Part shown: in pieces, positions 16,707-23,900 of the stretch | How the letters are laid out: each line of letters starts with the position of its first letter | Position numbering within the stretch: the first letter of the stretch is position 1 | Sequence record: OY979424.1 | Origin: Klebsiella phage vB_Ko_K41P2 | Reading direction: 5' to 3' (one strand) | DNA: 24,000 nt | Notes under the pieces: model-generated | What the model was told of the DNA's origin: nothing | Database searches by the model: none | The model's input: only the letters and a program-made list of their open reading frames with translations | Made by a program: the position numbers and the translations under genes

Positions 16707-16714
16707 TGTATACT
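16687..16714 (+). promoter_or_regulatory. candidate sigma70-like promoter
   Basis: TTGAAT (16687-16692) - 16 nt - TATACT (16709-16714) upstream of ORF 16743. Confidence 0.4.
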
Positions 16715-16742
16715 GATTAAAACTAACCAATTGAGATAAATT

Positions 16743-16991
16743 ATGAAACTGTTTAATAAAATTCGTTCTGTAGATGAAATCGTAGCAACTTTCGACAAAA
16801 CCCTGTCTGAACTGGAAGCGCGTATTGCTCACGATAATGAGCAGGTTGCACAGGTTGCAGCAGATCGTCAAGCAGCAGAAGAAGAACATCAGCGTAAGCT
16901 GGCGGAACTGGCTTCAAAAGAAAGCGATCATACTGCAAGTGCAACCCGCGCCGGACGTATCGCAGACAAGATCCGCAAATTGCTGGATTAA
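16743..16991 (+). CDS. hypothetical coiled-coil protein
   Basis: 82 aa with long heptad-like helices (TFDKTLSELEARIAHDNEQVAQVAADRQAAEEEHQRKLAELASKE). Confidence 0.8.
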   Translation: MKLFNKIRSVDEIVATFDKTLSELEARIAHDNEQVAQVAADRQAAEEEHQRKLAELASKESDHTASATRAGRIADKIRKLLD

Positions 16992-17002
16992 TTCTCTAAA
17001 AT

Positions 17003-17018
17003 GGGGCTGAAAAGCCCC
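17003..17018 (+). other. intercistronic GNRA hairpin
   Basis: GGGGCT-GAAA-AGCCCC between ORFs, just before AAGGAAAATAAT-ATG; no T tract. Confidence 0.6.
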
Positions 17019-17035
17019 AATAAGGAAAATAATAT

Positions 17036-17266
17036 ATGTTTGTAATTTCTTCGTACTATGATTCGCGTCAACGAGTATCACTGTCTTCTATTTCCAAAGC
17101 ACCAAAAGATATAGATGACTTCGGATTGCTTAACTTCGTCAAAAAAGAAATCGACCGCGTTGTTCCAGAAAAATACAGAATTGTTAAAGGATCTGATAGC
17201 TTAACTATCGTAAAACTGTATGGTGAAGTCAGTATTCAACATCATGTGCCATTATATCCTCGATGA
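17036..17266 (+). CDS. hypothetical protein
   Basis: 76 aa ORF with AAGGA SD. Confidence 0.75.
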   Translation: MFVISSYYDSRQRVSLSSISKAPKDIDDFGLLNFVKKEIDRVVPEKYRIVKGSDSLTIVKLYGEVSIQHHVPLYPR

Positions 17267-17400
17267 ACAATCTGGTAGCGAAACATGCATGGATTAACCG
17301 CGCTTCTACTCACCGCGATCGCAAGCGAGCACTTAAAGAAGCAAAACGTAAGCAGAAACATAAAGGTAAGTGTGATGAAAACCGCTTTGATTATTCTTGA
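17263..17400 (+). CDS. very basic 45 aa protein, absent from the supplied track
   Basis: ATGA overlap with previous ORF: MNNLVAKHAWINRASTHRDRKRALKEAKRKQKHKGKCDENRFDYS*. Confidence 0.65.
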   Translation: MNNLVAKHAWINRASTHRDRKRALKEAKRKQKHKGKCDENRFDYS

Positions 17401-17704
17401 GGAAATCCCAGAAAACACGGGGCTGTATCTCGTTGAAGCCGACGAAGATATCATTGAAATCCTCAAAACCGCTCACGGGCATTATGTGAACGGATGCAAC
17501 AACACCCCAGAACAGGATCGCGCTGTCGATATCGTTAACCTCATGTTAGGGCCGCGTACAGACGACAACCTGGCATGGGCGAGTGAATCCAACATTCCTC
17601 ATGAGTATGTCGGGATGTATTATCAGTGCAACGTTGATGCAGATGTGCCACTGATACCGGAAAAACAGATCGATTTAGTAGTTAGAACAGGGTTCTTCTT
17701 ATGA
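17375..17704 (+). CDS. hypothetical protein
   Basis: Start moved from 17285 to ATG 17375 (MKTALIILEEIPENTGLYLVEADEDI...), AAAGG upstream; ATGA overlap with next ORF. Confidence 0.7.
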   Translation: MKTALIILEEIPENTGLYLVEADEDIIEILKTAHGHYVNGCNNTPEQDRAVDIVNLMLGPRTDDNLAWASESNIPHEYVGMYYQCNVDADVPLIPEKQIDLVVRTGFFL

Positions 17705-17928
17705 GTATACAAATTCTGTTCAGTAAAGAAGATCCATTAGGTACGGAATCATCGGTTCAGCGCTTATTCTGGCATACAGATTATATAAAAAATCGATGTC
17801 GTGGCCCAAACAACACATGGGGAAGCAACAACGATATTGACAAAGCAAAAATTTATCCTCGCGGAAAGGCGTACTGGAAAATTTTTGATATTCATCTTCA
17901 TAAAACAATGAAAGATTTGAATGAATGA
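17701..17928 (+). CDS. hypothetical protein
   Basis: 75 aa ORF coupled by ATGA overlap. Confidence 0.7.
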   Translation: MSIQILFSKEDPLGTESSVQRLFWHTDYIKNRCRGPNNTWGSNNDIDKAKIYPRGKAYWKIFDIHLHKTMKDLNE

Positions 17929-17935
17929 TGAAAAA

Positions 17936-17957
17936 GCCCTTGACTTCGGTCAGGGGC
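17936..17957 (+). terminator. rho-independent terminator with UUCG tetraloop
   Basis: GCCCTTGAC-TTCG-GTCAGGGGC followed by TTTTG. Confidence 0.85.
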
Positions 17958-17976
17958 TTTTGCTATATTAGCCATA
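17940..17976 (+). promoter_or_regulatory. sigma70-like promoter embedded in terminator, with ATCGAAAC start element
   Basis: TTGACT (17940-17945) - 18 nt - TATATT (17964-17969); predicted start at A17976 of ATCGAAACGAGATACC. Confidence 0.65.
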
Positions 17977-18008
17977 TCGAAACGAGATACCCTTTAAGGA
18001 GAAATACC

Positions 18009-18806
18009 ATGACTAACGCAACCGTAGTTACTACCACTTACTTCATTTCTTCTGGTCGTAAAAATGCAATGTACACCTTGCGTGTTGAGCGTAGAGGTGG
18101 CGGTTATACTTCTGATAACTATATCTGCAACTTATCTACCGATCCGGAGAAAGCGGAAGCGAAAGCGCGTGAGTATTTCGACCGTGTTTCAGCCCGTTTA
18201 ACTGAAACTGATACTTTCAAAATGGTGTTCCAGGGCTTTGCAGATTTCGATCTGTTCGAACGTCGCGGTAAACTGTCAGTGTTCGATACTGAAAAACTGG
18301 AACTGCTGGAAAAAGGGATCATGCCGATTGGCAAGCGTAAAGGCGAAGTAATTGCAGAAATGCCAATGTTTACTGTTCTTTGGTGGGCTGACCAGTCTAA
18401 AGAAGACAACAAAAACAGCCCTGTATTTGACGCCGTGTGTGCTTACTGCATGGGTGTTGCACTGGAGAAGGATTATATCGCCAAACGCGAAGAAATCCGC
18501 GAACAGTGGGAACAAGAGCGCCAGGAACGCATTTCTAAAGCTAACCACATCGGTGAAATCAAACAACGTCTGGAAATGACCGGAACCGTTGAGAAAGTGA
18601 TTTCACTGGGATATACTCAAGTTTCTTACTACACTTCTGTAGAAAGATTTATGACCAAAATTAATGTTGATGGTAATGTTGTTGTTTACTTCGGTAATAA
18701 CATTGCAAACGAAGGCGATGAAATCACTTTCAAAGCAACCGTTAAAGAGCACGGAGAATACAAAGACGTTAAACAAACCATCGTTCAACGTGTAAAGGTT
18801 TTATAA
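18009..18806 (+). CDS. hypothetical protein with C-terminal OB-like domain
   Basis: Start moved from 17925 to ATG 18009 (TTTAAGGAGAAATACC-ATG); C-terminus NVVVYFGNNIANEGDEITFKATVKEHGEYKDVKQTIVQRVKVL. Confidence 0.85.
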   Translation: MTNATVVTTTYFISSGRKNAMYTLRVERRGGGYTSDNYICNLSTDPEKAEAKAREYFDRVSARLTETDTFKMVFQGFADFDLFERRGKLSVFDTEKLELLEKGIMPIGKRKGEVIAEMPMFTVLWWADQSKEDNKNSPVFDAVCAYCMGVALEKDYIAKREEIREQWEQERQERISKANHIGEIKQRLEMTGTVEKVISLGYTQVSYYTSVERFMTKINVDGNVVVYFGNNIANEGDEITFKATVKEHGEYKDVKQTIVQRVKVL

Positions 18807-19096
18807 TGACATACGAAGATATGCTTAATGAAGTGTGCGCGGGTAAAACCGCGTACCGCACTACCAACCCTGATATGATTGTGTTTCGTGAAGGGGATAC
18901 AATCATCAGACGTACACACCGCAAGTGTGAAGTAAACCAGGTATTCATTGCCACGGTAGAAGAACAAAAGGCTACTGATTGGGATATCGTCATTGACGAA
19001 GAAAACCACGATGAGCTAGATCATCCGATATTCATTTTGAGTGAAACTATCGGAATTCGACCAAACATGCATAGAAATTTTTGGAGGTATCAATGA
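18806..19096 (+). CDS. small protein with DUF2829/Tad2-like features (candidate anti-Thoeris)
   Basis: MTYEDMLNEVCAGKTAYR ... EEQKATDWDIV resembles the M.F.EA(L)...G..V.R ... DLLAEDWEIV pattern. Confidence 0.5.
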   Translation: MTYEDMLNEVCAGKTAYRTTNPDMIVFREGDTIIRRTHRKCEVNQVFIATVEEQKATDWDIVIDEENHDELDHPIFILSETIGIRPNMHRNFWRYQ

Positions 19097-19362
19097 CGTT
19101 CGATGAGGCTATGAGAGCCGCTAAGAGAGGTTGTAAGGTTGCGCCAATAGGTAGGCCATTCTTCGTGTATTATCACGACAGCGCTGGATACAGGCGGGTT
19201 ACGTTGGGGGTTTCGGCAAGGAATGAAGATTATGTTCCGGATCCGTGGGACAAATTGAAAGTTTGGGATATTTACGAGAAAAATAGCCCGGTGATGAACT
19301 TCTTTAAAGCAATCAAACGGGCTATTGGAAGAACACACAATTTAACACCAGCATTACGTTAA
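19093..19362 (+). CDS. small protein with DUF2829/Tad2-like features (candidate anti-Thoeris)
   Basis: MTFDEAMRAAKRGCKVAPIGRPFFVYYH ... YVPDPWDKLKVWDIYE; start ATG 19093 with GGAGG SD, ATGA overlap with previous ORF. Confidence 0.5.
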   Translation: MTFDEAMRAAKRGCKVAPIGRPFFVYYHDSAGYRRVTLGVSARNEDYVPDPWDKLKVWDIYEKNSPVMNFFKAIKRAIGRTHNLTPALR

Positions 19363-20010
19363 TCACCTCACTCGACCTAAAATACGCGCGGCCTGTCCAC
19401 ATATGATGTTTAGCTTCATATCTGGTATATTAGGCCGCTTTGCGTACCATTCCATCAAAACCGATCCAGAATAGTAGTTATCAAGATTAAAATAAGGGCA
19501 ACTAAAAGTATAAGCTACTGGCACAAAATCACGTGTCGGTAGGTAGGAACTTGCTTTAGTGGATGAATAATACAAGCCATTTATATGATTCGTGTACTCT
19601 TCGGATGTTTTATCGATCGGATAACCGCCGAGGTTTTTAGGATCGATCTGGGATGGTAATTTTCCCTGATATTCTACAATGTCAACAAAATAGTTTATAT
19701 TCTTTGGTCTGAATGCCAATACCGCTGAAAAATCCGCGTTGGAAGTAAGATGAACTATGCTCAACTGTTCCAACGCGGATTGATTAAACTTTTCAGTTCT
19801 TTCCATTTCGATAGCCCTTGTATCGACTACAAGGGCACCTTTTATCATCGGGAATATATCAGTCCATTTGTACCAAGTTACTACCATAAGAAACATAACC
19901 ATTATTAGAATTATTTTTATCAGCAATTGTTTCCATGTTTTCACACCCATCACAAACGAGATTACCCGGTCAAATAAGGCTAGTTTATCTACGGGATTTC
20001 TCTCAGCCAT
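19363..20010 (-). CDS. t: holin, T4 gpt-like
   Basis: Single N-terminal TM; SALEQLSIVHLTSNADFSAVLAFRPKNINYFVDIVEYQGKLPSQIDPKNLGGYPIDKTSEEYTNHINGLYY; CPYFNLDNYYSG; CGQAARILGR match T4 holin. Confidence 0.96.
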   Translation of the reverse strand: MAERNPVDKLALFDRVISFVMGVKTWKQLLIKIILIMVMFLMVVTWYKWTDIFPMIKGALVVDTRAIEMERTEKFNQSALEQLSIVHLTSNADFSAVLAFRPKNINYFVDIVEYQGKLPSQIDPKNLGGYPIDKTSEEYTNHINGLYYSSTKASSYLPTRDFVPVAYTFSCPYFNLDNYYSGSVLMEWYAKRPNIPDMKLNIICGQAARILGRVR

Positions 20011-20058
20011 TTTTATAAGACTCTTCTTAGGTTACTATACGTATATTTAGGATACAAC

Positions 20059-20085
20059 AAAAGGCTACCATACAGGTAGCCTTTT
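20059..20085 (-). terminator. strong, probably bidirectional terminator between 38 and t
   Basis: AAAAGGCTACC-ATACA-GGTAGCCTTTT, perfect 11 bp inverted repeat. Confidence 0.9.
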
Positions 20086-20126
20086 AATCTATTTAATATT
20101 ATGAGGTGAATTTGTTGGTTTACCTA

Positions 20127-20654
20127 TCAAACATATTCTAATAAAGCACCAAACTGGTTATCCATTCTAGCCTCAAAATACCCATTGAGACCGCCAGCGT
20201 TTTCACATCTATATCTTCTCCAACCATCACTCATAGTAGTTCCGCTGAAATAAACATCATACTGGTCTCCACCGGATGCATTAAATATAGACACTTTAAC
20301 TCGCCTATCTTGACCATTCCAAATAGAAAGGCAATAAGGGTCGCCTTTGATATTTGTAATAGCTACTAGTGAACCCACATCTCCACCAGGGAACGCATTC
20401 AGCGTCGGTTGGTTTGCAGAGTCTCCTATGTTTACTGCTAACCCTCTTTTAAAGAATCCTCTATATCTAGATGGATCACCAGAAGAACCCTGTGCATAGT
20501 TAATTCTGAAAATTAAATGGAATACGCTTTGTCCTATCATATTAGACATCCAAAACGGTGTCCCTATTCTTAATTTGGCCCCAGCTTGAGCCATCCACGA
20601 CTCACCAGTTTCAGCCTTTGCTGAACTTCCGACCCACGGCCCTGTTACTGCCAT
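20127..20654 (-). CDS. 38: gp38-like tail fibre tip adhesin (T2/T6-type N-terminus)
   Basis: MAVTGPWVGSSAKAETGESWMAQAGAKLRIGTPFWMSNMIGQSV matches the attachment domain of T2/T6-type gp38 adhesins; start moved from 20690 to 20654 (AGGAGAAATAACT-ATG). Confidence 0.85.
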   Translation of the reverse strand: MAVTGPWVGSSAKAETGESWMAQAGAKLRIGTPFWMSNMIGQSVFHLIFRINYAQGSSGDPSRYRGFFKRGLAVNIGDSANQPTLNAFPGGDVGSLVAITNIKGDPYCLSIWNGQDRRVKVSIFNASGGDQYDVYFSGTTMSDGWRRYRCENAGGLNGYFEARMDNQFGALLEYV

Positions 20655-20672
20655 AGTTATTTCTCCTAAAAG

Positions 20673-20690
20673 ATGGGGCCGAAGCCCCAT
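20673..20690 (-). other. intercistronic UUCG hairpin between 37 and 38
   Basis: Minus strand ATGGGGC-TTCG-GCCCCAT. Confidence 0.7.
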
Positions 20691-20693
20691 GCA

Positions 20694-20999
20694 TTATTTA
20701 GATTTAAGTTCTTCAATTTCTGCTTTAAGATTTTTAACTTCGGCAGAAAGCTCTTTAACAGATTCAACGAGAAGTGCAATTACTGAGTTATAATTCAGAC
20801 GAAGCATACCGCCATCTTCTTCATTATCTTGAGTAACTGCTTCCGGTAAGATTTCTTGAACTTCCTGAGCAATCAACCCAGCAGAACGAGTAGTACCGCC
20901 AGAAGTGTTATGAAGTTCATAAGTATTACCAGATAATGTTTCAACCTTTTCTAAAGCGTTTTCAATAACTTTAATATCAGATTTAGCTCTACGGTCAGA
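20694..20999 (-). other. Peptidase S74 / intramolecular chaperone domain of the fibre
   Basis: SDRRAKSDIKVIENALEKVETLSGNTYEL...AGLIAQEVQEILPEAV...LRLNYNSVIALLVESVKEL + terminal coiled coil; predicted self-cleavage before Ser encoded at 20997-20999. Confidence 0.9.
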
Positions 21000-23900
21000 A
21001 CGAATCTCTACGTTATCGAATGACCCGTTGCGAGTACAGAAGAAGTCGCCGCCAGCCCTGAAATAGAAATTGTCATCTCGACCATAGCCGTTAACATTAA
21101 GAATAGCCTGGTGATAATTTCCTACATATTCTTGGAAGTATAAGGAAACATAAGCACCATTACTAAATCTACTTGTTAAGCCAGCGGTATTTAAATACGC
21201 GCCACTTCCGCCGCCAGGGTAATTAGTAGTACTATTAACACCATTAAAGTTACTAATAGCACCTGGGAATTGGCAAGAACCGCTGTTCCAGAAGTTCCAC
21301 GTTGGCCCAGAGACACCACCTGCTCTTATACTAACGCTACCAGGCTCATCAGCCCAAATAAGTCCTTTTTCTGTACCATCAGCTTTACGGAAGACCAAAT
21401 GACTGTTACCAGTGTTCTGGACGTTAACCGAAGTTGATACAATGAACTCTTGATTAAATCTAGCCCTTCCATCAACAGTTAAAACACCATTAACAGCAGC
21501 GTCTCCCGTAACCCAAAGTGATGTAGTTTTTAACTGATCGCCTGTAATTGTTAACCGCCCAGTTACAGTACCACCTGCTAACGGAAGATACGTGTCGCCA
21601 GCATTACTAATAGCAGAAGCAACCTTATCATCAACATATTTCTTGTTGGTGGCTTGGTTATTCTGCGTAGGAGCATCGGCAATTTGTACATACTTGGTAG
21701 TAGGAACAATAATACCGCCGTTAGCATTAATAACACCATTAACAGTCGCTGCACTAGAAACTGTTAGCTGTCTGTTAATCTGGGCATTTCCGTAAACAGT
21801 CTGGTTTCCATCAGCATCTACTTTGAATATATCATTAAACGTATCAGCAGGATTAATTTGGTTGTTGGTATTTGTTGATACCATAATAGTAAACGAGTTA
21901 GATTTACTAATAGCCATTTTTCCTGACATACCACTTTTCTTGACTAAACCGATATCGGTGTTTTTGCCAAGAACGATCATTCTGTTATCTTCGGAAACGC
22001 TCAAGTTGCCTGTGATTTTCGAGTTCTGGGCCTCGAACTCACCACCGACTGTCATTTTACCGTTTTGGTTAATAACTGTGGCTTGGTTAGAATTATCACC
22101 GTTTGGTCTTAAATGGAGTGCCTGACCTGTTTTTGCATAAATCACAAAAGCACCTACAGCGGATGAACGAACGCCAGCGCCATAAGACCATTCAAGCGAA
22201 GGCTCGTTGTACACGTTGGCTTTTACTCTAATCTCAGTACCAGACGAATCACCGAAGGGTCGAAAAGCAATATATTTAGCCGAATCTGTAGCAGAAGCAG
22301 AAGCTGACAGGATTAACGCGCCGAGACTACCACCTTGGGCTTCACGAACCATAGCCCCATTTTTAAATGTGATGGTCGGGTCTGCATTACTAACGCCGTT
22401 GACATTCAATACACCAAATGCCACAGATTGCCATTCACCAACACCGAGGTTATTACGAGCGGCAGCTACAGAAGTTGCACCAGTACCACCTAAATTAATT
22501 GGTTGGACGCCAGCAACAACTTCTTTCCATGCAGACCATGAGCCGTTTTGTCCGTAGCGAACATACGTACCTTCAACGCCGCCGTTCTTTGTAGTAAAGG
22601 TCTGCTTACACGTCCAATCAGTATCAGAAATTTTACGCAAAGATAAAACTTCAAGAACAAAGTTGCCATCAGAGGTAGGTTTATTAGCTATATTAGAACC
22701 ACCACCAGATGAGAAGCATTTATACATCTGACGAGTACCTGGGTCGGTTCCTTTAATGACAAGACCATTAAGGTCAACAGTCTTATCAGTAATATCAACT
22801 GCCTCTTCGGTGCCGCGATAGGTCTGATTAAAAACTAAATCCCCTTCTACCTCAAGACCGCTGGATTTAACTAGAATATATTTACTAGGAGCTGGAGTAG
22901 CAACTGCATCTTGATAACCAAATTGCACGTGTCCTTCAGGAGTAACTTTAAGCATTGCTACGGTAGCACCGCTACCAACTTTACGAGCAAGGGTTAATCT
23001 GCTGTACTTGTCTGAGTTCTCTGAACCTAAATCAACCATCGTTCCATTAGGGTTTTCGACTTTTAAGTTAGCGTTAATAGTCAAGTTACCGGTCATGGTA
23101 TCGCCAGCACGAGCAACAGCCCCTAAGTTTGTACGAGCAGCATCCGCTGTACTTGCGCCTGTACCACCTTTAGCAATAGACAGAATACCATCAGTACCAT
23201 TGTCAAGGTTAGGTTTATTCATTTCGTCATAGATACGAATAGCCACACTCTCAACTAAACCTTCCGGAGCAGTTGCAGAAGTTGTGTAACCGTTAGGCAG
23301 ATAATACTCAGTATAACCAGCGATAGACAGCAGAGCAACTTTAACACCACCAATAAACGCGCGTTGAGTAAACCACAGTTCTAAACCCTCAGAGGTACGA
23401 ACCAGACTATAACGCATTTGGTTAGTGTTATCAATTCCAGGATCGCCGATTCGACGAATTTGCAGATAAGAACTAATGTTTGCGCTTGTTAATGTTGCGG
23501 GAATGCTTCTAGCGCTACAATCGATAAAGTCAATAGAACTGTGCGTATTGCCATAGTTACCACCATTAGTCACCATTAATTGCAGACGACTCTGGCTTGA
23601 TCCAGGGTCTTTTAAAAGAGCAACTTTAATCCAACTAGTTTCGGTGCCTGTAGTTACAGGGAAATTATCTTGCTCAAGCTGACGCGCGTTTTCTACATTA
23701 GTCAGAAGAGTGCCACCTTTACCAGGGCCTCTTCCATCCGTGGCATAATAAACCTGGGAATTTCTGAATGTCAGATTGCCGTCATTAGTTAATTGAAGAA
23801 CGCCAGAGCCTCTCAAGTTTTTAATATAGGCATCGTTAGCTCCTACGCCCATTTCTAACGTAAGAGTGCTTCCATTACTAATTTTAACAGCTTTATTGGT

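Noticed and set aside
20045-20052. Possible late promoter for holin t (minus strand CCTAAATA)
   Set aside because: Only 6 of 8 matches to TATAAATA in an A/T-rich stretch; t may need its own promoter after the 20059-20085 terminator, but the sequence alone does not support a call.
21592-23232. Plus-strand ORFs (21592, 21823, 22207, 23008) within the fibre gene
   Set aside because: Hydrophobic/proline-rich translations are the antisense of beta-rich fibre repeats, so shadow ORFs.
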